64,000 bases of DNA. Origin: Propionivibrio sp. (GTDB lineage: Bacteria > Pseudomonadota > Gammaproteobacteria > Burkholderiales > Rhodocyclaceae). Positions 1 through 8,863 of this stretch are shown here, in pieces. The stretch lies in NCBI RefSeq assembly GCF_017995515.1, contig NZ_JAGOIT010000002.1, positions 2,542 to 66,541 of the forward strand. Direction: 5' to 3'. The position numbers and the translations under genes are program-made. Numbering within the stretch: the stretch's first letter is position 1; every line of letters begins with the position of its first letter. The notes under the pieces were generated by a model. That model saw nothing but the letters and a program-made list of their open reading frames with translations. It did not search any database and had not been told where the DNA came from.

Positions 1-927
1 TGCGACGTCGCCGCCGCGATGATGGAGGCGCCGGCCGGCACGGCGCTGGTCGAGGAGTCGATCGCCGAGGCGCTCGACTTCCGCCGCGCCATGCGCAAGG
101 TCGATGAGGAGTGGGGCACCGACTGGTGGTTCAAGGTCTGGGGACCGGACGATTTGTCCGAAGAGGGCATCGAGGAGCGCGACGCCTGGATGCTCAAGCC
201 CGGCGAACGCTGGCACGGCTTCGGCCAGCTGTCCGACGGTTTCAACATGCTCGACCCGATCAAGGCGACGATCATCACGCCGGGGCTTGATGTGGACGGC
301 GACTTCGCCGAGAACTTCGGCATCCCGGCGGCGATCGTTACCAAGTACCTCGCCGAGCACGGCGTCATCGTCGAGAAGTGCGGCCTTTATTCGTTCTTCA
401 TCATGTTCACCATCGGCATCACCAAGGGTCGCTGGAACACGATGGTCACCGAGCTGCAGCAGTTCAAGGACGATTACGACAAGAACCAGCCGCTGTGGAA
501 GGTGCTGCCCGACTTCGTCGCCAAGAATCCGGTCTACGAGCGTGTCGGACTGAAGGATCTCTGTCACCTGATCCACGGCGTGTACGCGCTGAACGACGTG
601 GCGCGCCTGACGACTGAAATGTATCTGTCGAACATGGAGCCGGCGATGAAGCCGACCGACGCCTTCGCCAGGATGGCGCATCGCGAGATCGACCGCGTGC
701 CGATCGACGAACTTGAAGGGCGCATCACCAGCATCCTGCTCACGCCGTATCCGCCGGGCATTCCGCTGCTCATCCCGGGCGAGCGCTTCAACAAGACGAT
801 CGTGCGCTACCTCAAGTTCGCGCGCGATTTCAACGAGCAGTTCCCCGGCTTTGAGACCGACATCCACGGTCTGGTCAAGGAAGTCGTCGACGGCAAGCCG
901 GTGTATTACGTGGACTGCGTGCGCTAG
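1..927 (+). CDS. Orn/Lys/Arg decarboxylase (fold-type I PLP), C-terminal part; 5' end lies outside the window
   Basis: Frame is open from base 1 (CDVAAAMME...). Motifs MLDPIKATIITPG, EKCGLYSFFIMFTIGIT and LLTPYPPGIPLLIPGERF are typical of the AdiA/LdcC/SpeC family. Confidence 0.9.
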   Translation, partial: CDVAAAMMEAPAGTALVEESIAEALDFRRAMRKVDEEWGTDWWFKVWGPDDLSEEGIEERDAWMLKPGERWHGFGQLSDGFNMLDPIKATIITPGLDVDGDFAENFGIPAAIVTKYLAEHGVIVEKCGLYSFFIMFTIGITKGRWNTMVTELQQFKDDYDKNQPLWKVLPDFVAKNPVYERVGLKDLCHLIHGVYALNDVARLTTEMYLSNMEPAMKPTDAFARMAHREIDRVPIDELEGRITSILLTPYPPGIPLLIPGERFNKTIVRYLKFARDFNEQFPGFETDIHGLVKEVVDGKPVYYVDCVR

Positions 928-932
928 GCCGA

Positions 933-1418
933 TCAGATGCGCTGATAGACGGCGAAGGTGAAGTCGAGGCCGGCGCCGTTCTTCGCTGTCGAGCGCGAGA
1001 TTTCGGTCCAGTCGCTGGCGCTGAATTCGGGGAAGAACGCGTCGGCGTCGAAGTCGCGCGCCACCTCGGTCAGGTAGAGCCGCTGCGCCAGCGGCAGCGC
1101 CTGCCGATAGATCTCGGCGCCGCCGATGACGAAGACTTCCGCGTCGTCCTGCGCCAGCCGCACGGCCTCTTCGAGCGACCCGGCGAGCGTCGCGCCGGGC
1201 GCGTCGTACGCCGGGTTGCGGCTGATCACGATGTTGCGCCGGCCGGGTAGTGGACGGAAAACGTCAGGCAGCGATTCCCAGGTCTTGCGCCCCATGATCA
1301 CCGGCTTTCCGCGCGTGGTTTCGCGGAAGTAACGCATGTCTTCCGGCAGGTGCCAGAGCAGCTGGCCGTCCTTTCCGAGCGCCCTGTTTTGGGCGACGGC
1401 GGCAATCAGTGAAATCAT
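933..1418 (-). CDS. folA: Dihydrofolate reductase
   Basis: LIAAVAQNRALG, LLWHLPEDMRYF, VIMGRKTWESL, RPLPGRRNIVISR, VIGGAEIY; divergent from thyA. Confidence 0.97.
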   Translation of the reverse strand: MISLIAAVAQNRALGKDGQLLWHLPEDMRYFRETTRGKPVIMGRKTWESLPDVFRPLPGRRNIVISRNPAYDAPGATLAGSLEEAVRLAQDDAEVFVIGGAEIYRQALPLAQRLYLTEVARDFDADAFFPEFSASDWTEISRSTAKNGAGLDFTFAVYQRI

Positions 1419-1498
1419 CGTGTTGTGCTCTCGATCTTAAGGTTGCCCGTGGCGGGCCTTATACTGACGCCCGACGTCAAACGAACGGATTTTAAGAC

Positions 1499-2332
1499 AT
1501 GAAGCAGTATCACGACCTCCTCAGAGACATTCTCGCCAACGGCGTCGTCAAGGGTGACCGCACGGGGACGGGAACGACCTCCGTCTTCGGCCGGCAGATT
1601 CGTCATGACCTGACGCAAGGTTTCCCGCTGCTGACGACGAAGAAGCTCCACTTCAAGAGCATCGCCAACGAGCTGATCTGGTTCCTCAGCGGCAACACCA
1701 ACGTCCGCTGGCTGAACGAGCACGGGGTATCGATCTGGAACGAGTGGGCGACCGAGGAGGGCGAGCTCGGTCCGGTCTACGGAAAGCAGTGGACGGCGTG
1801 GCCGACCAGGGACGGCGGGACGATCAACCAGATCGACTACGTCGTCGATACCTTGCGCAACAACCCGAACAGCCGCCGCATCCTGTTCCACGGCTGGAAT
1901 CCGGAATATCTGCCGGACGAGTCGCAGAGCCCGCAGGAGAACGCGCGCCGGGGGCGCATGGCCTTGCCGCCCTGCCACTTGCTGTATCAGTTCTACGTCG
2001 CCAACGGGCGACTCTCGGCCCAGCTCTACATCCGCAGTTCGGACAGCTTCCTCGGCTTGCCCTACAACATCGCGTCGCTCGCCTTGCTGACGCACATGCT
2101 GGCGCAGCAGTGCGACCTCGTGGCGCACGAGATCGTCGTCAGCATCGGCGACCTGCACGCCTATTCGAACCACATGGCGCAGATCCAGACGCAGCTCGCG
2201 CGCGAGGTCCGCGCGTCGCCGCAACTCGTCATCAAACGGCGGCCCGGTTCGGTCTACGACTATGCGTTCGAGGACTTCGAGATCGTCGGCTACGACCCGC
2301 ACCCGTCGATCGCCGCGCCGATCGCGGTCTAG
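1499..2332 (+). CDS. thyA: Thymidylate synthase
   Basis: [30 protein letters not shown] (catalytic Cys), [20 protein letters not shown]. Confidence 0.98.
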   Translation: MKQYHDLLRDILANGVVKGDRTGTGTTSVFGRQIRHDLTQGFPLLTTKKLHFKSIANELIWFLSGNTNVRWLNEHGVSIWNEWATEEGELGPVYGKQWTAWPTRDGGTINQIDYVVDTLRNNPNSRRILFHGWNPEYLPDESQSPQENARRGRMALPPCHLLYQFYVANGRLSAQLYIRSSDSFLGLPYNIASLALLTHMLAQQCDLVAHEIVVSIGDLHAYSNHMAQIQTQLAREVRASPQLVIKRRPGSVYDYAFEDFEIVGYDPHPSIAAPIAV

Positions 2333-2338
2333 ATTGCA

Positions 2339-2372
2339 GCTGACGGCCTGGGCTCGTGCGCCGGCCGTCAGC
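2339..2372. terminator. GC-rich hairpin between convergent thyA and the OYE relic
   Basis: Perfect 10-bp inverted repeat GCTGACGGCC (2339-2348) / GGCCGTCAGC (2363-2372); no clear U-tract. Confidence 0.4.
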
Positions 2373-2377
2373 GCACG

Positions 2378-2668
2378 TCAGCTTGGCTGGTAGCGTTGCA
2401 ACCAGTGGGCGTACGGGGCGGGCAGTACCCACGACGGCTTTTCCTCTCCCAGTTCCAGCGCGGTCTGGTACGGCCAGTACGGGTTGGCGAGATGCTTGCG
2501 GCCGACCATGACGAGATCCATCTGGTTCTCGGCGACGACGCGGTCGGCGGTCACCGGATTTTCGATTCCCCACGACGAGGCGACGGGCAGTTCGGCCTCG
2601 CGCCGCACGCGTTCGGCGATCGGGGCGAGGAAGGCCGGGCCTCAGGGGATGTTCGCGGTCGGCGTCGA
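2378..2668 (-). pseudogene. Relic of the C-terminus of an XenA-type NADH:flavin oxidoreductase (Old Yellow Enzyme)
   Basis: Minus frame reads STPTANIP*GPAFLAPIAERVRREAELPVASSWG...DLVMVGRKHLANPYW...WVLPAPYAHWLQRY. This matches the XenA C-terminus (IPWGPAF...PAPYAHWLERY) as I recall it, with TGA at 2642-2644 replacing Trp. No N-terminal two thirds are present. Confidence 0.85.
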
Positions 2669-2797
2669 CGATGATTGCCGCGGCAGACTTTCCGGTGCGG
2701 CTGGCTTCCATGGGGGTGACTTGCGGCATCGGTCGCCGGTCTTATACTATCGGGATACCTTCATTCATCCCGCTGGCCGGGGAAAAGCTGGGGCGTC

Positions 2798-4327
2798 ATG
2801 ATCCTGAACCTCTTCTCGTCGCGCCCGGATCATCCTCTGGGTGATCCCAGGGAACTCAAGCGAGTCATCGCCGAGTTGCCGCTCGATAATTCATTCCGCG
2901 CCGTCGACGAGGTTTACGGCTGGTATGAATCGCTGATGGTCGCGAACGATTTTCGCATCGACCATTTGTTCGACGTCGTCCGGCAACTCGACGAAGCGGC
3001 GCAGCCCTTCATCCGCCGCCTTTCGCGTGACTACCTGCATTCGCCGAGGCTGTCCAAGAACGAGGAGCGGCGCCTTTCGGGCATGTGCTACAACTACTGG
3101 GGCGAGGTTTCGATCCTTTACGCGCGCTGTGCCGAACGCGCACGGCAGAGTCCCAAGGACAAGGGCAGCGAAGCGCTCAGGAATTCCTTGCCTCTGCTCG
3201 CGACACGCCTGATGGCGGCGCGTGCGACACAGCTCAAATGGGTCGAATACCGCTACGGGCCGATCGGCGAAGATCTCTGGCGCGGGCTGGGCCAGCAATA
3301 TCTTGCCGCCGAAGAAGCGGGCTTCGCGACGAAACCGGTGCCGCTCTACCCGTCGCTGTCCGGGATGACCAACGTCACGCAGCAGTACCTGCAGGCGTTG
3401 ATCGTGCATTCGTCGTCGATGGACAGCCTGTTGCCGCTGGAGATCGAGCTGGCCGACCGGCTGATCGCGCATTTTCTGCCGGGTTTTGTTTTCACCGCCA
3501 CGTGCCAGCCGGACAGCGTGTATTGGGTCGATGCGGCCGTTGGAACGCCGCCCGTCCGCCTCGCACGTAATCCCGGCCAGATGTCTGCAAGCCTGCGCTT
3601 CTTCTCGCCGGGCACGGCGCCACAGGCGCTGAACGAACTGATCCGCAGCGTCGAGCGCGGCGGTGTTCCGGCCAACCTCAATCTCGGCGGCGAATACCCG
3701 GCCAAGGTCCTGCTGCCGGTCTTGCGGCATCTGGCGACGTATTGGGCGAACGAGCCGCCGCAGCGCGAGTTCCAGCGCCACGCGGTGAAGACGCGCATCT
3801 CCGTGCTGCAGGGCTTCGATGACTGCTTCACCGTGCTCGCCGGCGATGTGGCGCGTCTGGGCAAGGAGCGCGCGGCGGAGAGCTGGGTGGTAGAGAACGT
3901 CAGTCTAAGTGGCTTCGGCGCCGGCATCGACGCGCAGAGCGGCGATTGGGTGAAGATCGGTGCGCTCCTTTGCATGCAGCCCGAAGGCGGCGAGAACTGG
4001 GTGCTCGGCGTCGTCCGCCGCTACCACAAGGAATCGGATTCGCGCGCCAGCGTCGGCATCAAGGCGCTTTCCAAACGGGCGAAGAGCATCGAACTCTGGC
4101 CGCGCACCTCCGGTTTCTCGGCGACCGGTGCGATTCCCGGCATCTGGCTGTGCGAAGGCGAGGTGAAGGGCGAAACGCGCCTGGTCTTGCCGAGCCTCAC
4201 CTTCGACCTGCGCGAGTCGCTCGAATTCATCAACGAAGGCCGGCGCTACCTGCTGACGCCGATCGATCTCGAGGAATCGGGCAGTAACTACGAGATCGGG
4301 CGCTACCGCGAGAGCGTTCTGGACTGA
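2798..4327 (+). CDS. Hypothetical protein, FimW-like, with a C-terminal PilZ-like c-di-GMP-binding domain
   Basis: 509 aa ORF with a helical N-terminus; RxxxR (REFQR) followed by NxSxxG (NVSLSG) and WVLGVVRR; TATACT -10-like box at 2743-2748. Confidence 0.6.
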   Translation: MILNLFSSRPDHPLGDPRELKRVIAELPLDNSFRAVDEVYGWYESLMVANDFRIDHLFDVVRQLDEAAQPFIRRLSRDYLHSPRLSKNEERRLSGMCYNYWGEVSILYARCAERARQSPKDKGSEALRNSLPLLATRLMAARATQLKWVEYRYGPIGEDLWRGLGQQYLAAEEAGFATKPVPLYPSLSGMTNVTQQYLQALIVHSSSMDSLLPLEIELADRLIAHFLPGFVFTATCQPDSVYWVDAAVGTPPVRLARNPGQMSASLRFFSPGTAPQALNELIRSVERGGVPANLNLGGEYPAKVLLPVLRHLATYWANEPPQREFQRHAVKTRISVLQGFDDCFTVLAGDVARLGKERAAESWVVENVSLSGFGAGIDAQSGDWVKIGALLCMQPEGGENWVLGVVRRYHKESDSRASVGIKALSKRAKSIELWPRTSGFSATGAIPGIWLCEGEVKGETRLVLPSLTFDLRESLEFINEGRRYLLTPIDLEESGSNYEIGRYRESVLD

Positions 4328-4488
4328 GGGCTGCGGTTCTTTCGAACGCCTTGGCTATTCCTGTATTGCCTGAAGATCGGCGAATACAGGCGCCATGATC
4401 AATTTCCCGCAGGCCGAGAGCCATACTCCGTTGAGTACGGGATCTGGATCGCCTGTCTGCACGGTACCCAGGCCGGGACCGTGCCGAC

Positions 4489-5487
4489 CTATCGCGCTTG
4501 CGGCCCCAATGAACTTTCTCTGATGACGAGGCGGACCGGGTGCACGCTCTTCAGCGTTGTACCCGTTGCATCGAGCAGCCACGTCACCGCTTCGCGTCCC
4601 AAGGCTTCTTTTTCCACGGCCACCGTGGTCAGCGATGGGTGCGCCGTCGCGGCCGATGCGATGTCGTCGTAGCCGCAGATCCCGATGTCCTCGGGAACAC
4701 GCAATCCCCTGCGCTGACAGCGTCCGAGCGCGACAAGGGCGGTCAGATCGTTGAAGGCAAAGATGGCATCGGGTGGGTTCGGCAGATCCAGAAGCTGATC
4801 CGCACACAGGGCCGATGCTTCCGCCTGGTCAAGCCCGTCCCGGTAATAGGTTACGTAGTCCGGGTCGGCGAGGACGCCAGCATCGAACAGCGCCTTGCGA
4901 TAACCGCGCTCGCGCAGGTGTATCGAGTAGTGGCTGACCGGCCCCGAGATGAAAGCGATGCGCTTGTAGCCGCGTTCCAGAAGATGCTGAACCGCCGCAT
5001 AGGCTCCGGCAACGTTGTCGTCGTTGATGGTTGCCACGTTGGCGGCAAAGTGATCGACCATGACCAACGGCAACCCGCACTGAATGACTGCCTGCAGCAC
5101 TTCTGCCTCGAAATAGCCGGCGCAGATGATCGCGTCCGGTTCGTGGATGCGCACCAGATCGGCCACGTTCTGGTCGATACCCGCGGAAGCGAAGGAAAGC
5201 GCTATGCCGGCTTCGGCGCAGGCGTCTTCCACACCATGCAGGACCGGCGAATAGAACAGGTTCGAGTGAGCACTCGAATGCTGCTTGTGCAGCAGAAACA
5301 GAATCCGCCGCAGGCGCCGGACGCGCAGATTGTCGCGGTTATAGCCGAGTTGGTCGGCGATTTCAAAAACGCGAGTTCGCGTCTCCTCGGACATTCCCTG
5401 CTGGCTCTTGAAGGCGCGCGACACGGTTCCGGGGGAGACGCCGGCGATACGGGCGATATCGCGAATCGTTACGTTGGGGCTGTTCAT
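4489..5487 (-). CDS. LacI-family transcriptional regulator
   Basis: N-terminal HTH TIRDIARIAGVSPGTVSRAF; sugar-binding domain motifs PDAIFAFNDLTALVAL, VPEDIGICGYDD, PSLTTV. ATG at 5487 preferred over TTG at 5496. Confidence 0.95.
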   Translation of the reverse strand: MNSPNVTIRDIARIAGVSPGTVSRAFKSQQGMSEETRTRVFEIADQLGYNRDNLRVRRLRRILFLLHKQHSSAHSNLFYSPVLHGVEDACAEAGIALSFASAGIDQNVADLVRIHEPDAIICAGYFEAEVLQAVIQCGLPLVMVDHFAANVATINDDNVAGAYAAVQHLLERGYKRIAFISGPVSHYSIHLRERGYRKALFDAGVLADPDYVTYYRDGLDQAEASALCADQLLDLPNPPDAIFAFNDLTALVALGRCQRRGLRVPEDIGICGYDDIASAATAHPSLTTVAVEKEALGREAVTWLLDATGTTLKSVHPVRLVIRESSLGPQAR

Positions 5488-5564
5488 TGCGATCAAACGG
5501 GAGTGGTTATTTGACAGCCTCCATTATAGCGATGACGAGGAAATGTTGAGCAAAAAACAAAATG

Positions 5565-5594
5565 TTGACGTGAACAATATTTGTTCGCTAAAGT
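5565..5594 (+). promoter_or_regulatory. Candidate sigma70 promoter of the sugar ABC operon, with an inverted repeat (candidate operator) in the spacer
   Basis: TTGACG (5565-5570)-N18-TAAAGT (5589-5594); GAACA-N5-TGTTC at 5572-5586. Confidence 0.5.
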
Positions 5595-5667
5595 TGTCTG
5601 TGTTTACGCAACAACGTGTGCTAAACGCTGAATCAGAGATCAACATCCACGGGAAGGAGTCGAATAA

Positions 5668-6954
5668 ATGAGAAAATCAAAGTACGCAGCTGTGCTCTTC
5701 GCGCTCTTGTCGGCTGGCGCGTTTGCCAAAACGACGGTCACCGTCTGGGTCCCTTGGGGCGGGCCCGACGGCGACGCGATCTTCAACGCCGCGAAGGAAT
5801 TCAACGGTACGCAGGATGAAATCGAGGTCAGGCCGACGATGGTGGCGGGTGCCGGCCTCGACGGCGGTGGCGCCGGTCGCTTCATGACCGCAGTCGCCAG
5901 TGGAATGCCGCCCGATCTGATCCTGTACTGGGGGAACGACACGATCGCGGGATTGGCCAAAAACAACGCGATCATGCCGCTCGATGAATTAATGGCCAAA
6001 ACCGGCCTGAACCCTTCGGCGTTCAACGCCGCTGCCTTCGGCTCGATAATGTATGGCGGCAAGGTCTACGGCGTGCCCGAGATGATCAACGCCCGCATGC
6101 TCTACATCAACAACGACCACGCCGTCGCTGCGGGGCTTGACCTGCAGAATCCGCCGAAGACCCTGGACGAGCTAAACGCGTGGTCAGACAAGATGACCAA
6201 GCGCGAAGCCGACGGCAAGATTCTGCAGATGGGTTTCATCCCGTGGCTTGGGCAAGGCAAGGCAGAGATACTGACTGGCTACATGGGCGGTTCGCTGTGG
6301 GATGCGGCGGCCGGCAAGCCGGCGATCAGGAACGACGGAACCGCCGTCGTGGCCGACTGGTTTGCCGGAGTATTGACGAAATACGGCACGAACAACGTGA
6401 GCCGTTTCACCGCCAGTTTCGGCAAGGCATTGCAGTCTTCCGGGTCTGATCCGTTTGTCGGCGGCGTGGTGTCGATGCAAATCAATGGGGGCTGGCATGC
6501 CAACTTCATCAGGAAGTACAACCCGACGATGAAATACACGGTGGCGCCGGTTCCGGTCGCCGGCAACGCCACGTATGGTAGTTCCTTTGTGGATGGCAAC
6601 ACGTGGATGATTCCACGCGGCGCGAAGGCGCCCGAGGCCGCCATGAAGTTCGTCACCTGGTTCAGCCAGCCGGAACGCAGTGCCAAGGTCGCCGGGGCCG
6701 TATTCAATGTCACGCCATTGCGCGAAGGTCTCGCGCTGCAATCGACCACCGACAATGCGGCGATGGCCTTGAGCGTCAAGATGGCGTCAAGCAGCGGCAA
6801 CTTCGGCTTGCCGGCAGTCGATCCGATGCTGGTTATTCGCCGTGAACTGGAGAGCGGGTTCAACAAGCTCACCGCCGGACAGATCGAGCCCGCACCGATG
6901 CTCGAAGCGGTAGCCAAATCGGTCGATACCGCCATCGCGCAGGGACGCTTCTAG
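5668..6954 (+). CDS. Carbohydrate ABC transporter (CUT1) substrate-binding protein
   Basis: AAGGAG RBS, Sec signal peptide (LLSAGAFA), GKVYGVP, PPKTLDEL, F..G.VSMQINGGW, YTVAPVP; first gene of an ABC operon. Confidence 0.93.
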   Translation: MRKSKYAAVLFALLSAGAFAKTTVTVWVPWGGPDGDAIFNAAKEFNGTQDEIEVRPTMVAGAGLDGGGAGRFMTAVASGMPPDLILYWGNDTIAGLAKNNAIMPLDELMAKTGLNPSAFNAAAFGSIMYGGKVYGVPEMINARMLYINNDHAVAAGLDLQNPPKTLDELNAWSDKMTKREADGKILQMGFIPWLGQGKAEILTGYMGGSLWDAAAGKPAIRNDGTAVVADWFAGVLTKYGTNNVSRFTASFGKALQSSGSDPFVGGVVSMQINGGWHANFIRKYNPTMKYTVAPVPVAGNATYGSSFVDGNTWMIPRGAKAPEAAMKFVTWFSQPERSAKVAGAVFNVTPLREGLALQSTTDNAAMALSVKMASSSGNFGLPAVDPMLVIRRELESGFNKLTAGQIEPAPMLEAVAKSVDTAIAQGRF

Positions 6955-7048
6955 ACGCCCAATCGCCCCGGGCCCTCGAGGCGCATTTCTGGCCTCAAGG
7001 GCCGCTGGCTGCGGTCTTTTCTTGGTGTTATTCCCCGGACATGCTCTC

Positions 7049-7954
7049 ATGACCCCCTCCGAAGAAATTCGCGGGCGCAGTCTTGCGCGTACCGCCATCG
7101 GCATGGCGTTCATTTCGCCGTGGCTGCTTGGCTTCATCGCCTTGACGGCCTACCCGTTTTTCGCCTCGCTGTACTTTTCCTTCACCAAATACAGTGTGTT
7201 GTCGCCACCGCAGTGGGTCGGCCTGAAGAATTACTCCGACCTCCTTTCCGACTCGAACGTCCTCGTCGGGACGATCAATACCCTGTACTACACGTGCTTT
7301 GCCGCCCCCGGTGGCGCCATCATCGCGGTACTGCTCGGCGTCCTGTACAACCAGAAGATGCCCGCGAAGCATCTGTTGCGGGCATTGATGTTCATTCCGC
7401 TGGTGGTGCCGACCGTCGCCAGCGCGATTCTCTGGATGGAGGTCTTTCGGCCCGACAGCGGCATGCTCAACACGATTCTCGGTCTGGTCGGGATCAACGG
7501 CCCGGCATGGCTCGGTGATGTCGATTGGTCGAAGGCGGCGATGGTCATCATGATGCAATGGGGGGTCGGCGGTAACACCTTGCTGGTGCTCGCCGCGTTG
7601 CAGGATGTGCCGCGCTCGCAGTACGAGGCGGCGGATCTCGATGGTGCGAACGCCTTCCAGAAATTCCGGCACATCACCTTGCCGATGATCTCGCCGGTGG
7701 TGCTCTACATTCTGATCATCAACGTGATCTATTCCTTCCAGTTCTTTACGGAGCCGTTCGTCATGTCGGGCGGAACCGGCGCACCGGGCGATTCGCTGCT
7801 GTTCTACCCGATGTACCTCTATCAGCAGGCGTTCCGGTTCATGAACATGGGCTATGCGTCAGCACTGGCGTGGATGCTCTTCATCGTCGTGCTGGTATTT
7901 ACGGTGATTCTTGTCAAAACCTCAGCCAAATGGGTGGTCTATGAGCGCAGCTGA
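7049..7954 (+). CDS. Carbohydrate ABC transporter permease (MalF-like)
   Basis: Multiple TM segments; EAA loop QYEAADLDGANAFQKFRHITLP; start taken at ATG 7049. Confidence 0.93.
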   Translation: MTPSEEIRGRSLARTAIGMAFISPWLLGFIALTAYPFFASLYFSFTKYSVLSPPQWVGLKNYSDLLSDSNVLVGTINTLYYTCFAAPGGAIIAVLLGVLYNQKMPAKHLLRALMFIPLVVPTVASAILWMEVFRPDSGMLNTILGLVGINGPAWLGDVDWSKAAMVIMMQWGVGGNTLLVLAALQDVPRSQYEAADLDGANAFQKFRHITLPMISPVVLYILIINVIYSFQFFTEPFVMSGGTGAPGDSLLFYPMYLYQQAFRFMNMGYASALAWMLFIVVLVFTVILVKTSAKWVVYERS

Positions 7955-8825
7955 AAACACGGCCGATCTTCCGCTCGCCGACGAAGAGGCTCGCTTGCGA
8001 ATGGGTAAGCGCGTGCGGTCCGCTCTTCCCTTCCTGGTCGCACTGCTGGTGACGGCGGCCTTCGTGCTGCCCCTCTACTGGATGGTGATCGGTTCGTTGA
8101 AGGAGAGCGTCGAGTTCTTTCAGCGACCGCCAACCTGGTATCCGCACCGGCCGCGCTTCGAAAACTACCTTGATGCGATTACACGGATTCCCTTCATGAG
8201 CTACTTGAAGAATTCGCTGTATTACGCGGTAGGTTCTGCTCTCGGTGCCTGCCTTTCGTCGGCGATCGTGGCTTATGGCTTCGCCAAGCTGAAATGGAAG
8301 GGGCGGGATGTGGCGTTCAGCGTTGTCATGCTGACCATGTTCCTGCCCTATCAGGTCACCATGATCCCGACCTTTCTGGTCTTCCGCGCCGCCGGTCTGG
8401 TCGATTCGCTGTGGCCGCTGATCCTGCCGGCGTTTTTCGGCAACGCCTTCTTCATCTTCCTGATGCGTCAGTTCATACGCACGCTGCCGGATGAACTGCT
8501 CGACGCCGCGCGCATGGACGGCTGCAGCGAGTTCGGTGTGTTCTTGCGCGTGGTCATCCCCCTGGTCAGACCGGCGTTGGTCGTGGTTTTCCTGAACCAG
8601 TTCCTGAATGCCTGGAAGGACTTTCTCGGACCGCTGATCTACATCACAGACGACAGCAAATGGCCTCTGTCACTGGCCTTGCAGCAGTTCCAGAGTGCAC
8701 AGGATTCCGAGGTCAACCTGATTCTCGCCTGTGCCACGGTCTTCACGATTCCTTTGCTGGTGATCTTCCTGTTCACCCAGCGCTATTTCATCGAGGGCGT
8801 GACCTTCTCGGGCCTCAAGGGCTGA
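7941..8825 (+). CDS. Carbohydrate ABC transporter permease (MalG-like)
   Basis: EAA-like motif LPDELLDAARMDGCSEFGVF; overlaps the previous gene by 14 nt (coupling). Confidence 0.93.
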   Translation: MSAAENTADLPLADEEARLRMGKRVRSALPFLVALLVTAAFVLPLYWMVIGSLKESVEFFQRPPTWYPHRPRFENYLDAITRIPFMSYLKNSLYYAVGSALGACLSSAIVAYGFAKLKWKGRDVAFSVVMLTMFLPYQVTMIPTFLVFRAAGLVDSLWPLILPAFFGNAFFIFLMRQFIRTLPDELLDAARMDGCSEFGVFLRVVIPLVRPALVVVFLNQFLNAWKDFLGPLIYITDDSKWPLSLALQQFQSAQDSEVNLILACATVFTIPLLVIFLFTQRYFIEGVTFSGLKG

Positions 8826-8863
8826 ATGCCCACGCTCGCTACGTATTAATTCTGGGAGAAATA

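Noticed and set aside
1419-1498. Divergent folA/thyA arrangement instead of a thyA-folA operon
   Set aside because: Both genes are intact and ordinary; orientation alone is not informative.
4328-4488. Three imperfect hairpins and short ORFs between the FimW-like gene and lacI
   Set aside because: No recognisable RNA family or protein motif; adequately explained as convergent-gene termination structure.
6965-7010. Hairpin GGCCCTCGAGGC/GCCTCAAGGGCC after the SBP gene
   Set aside because: Ordinary intercistronic stabilising stem typical after ABC binding-protein genes.
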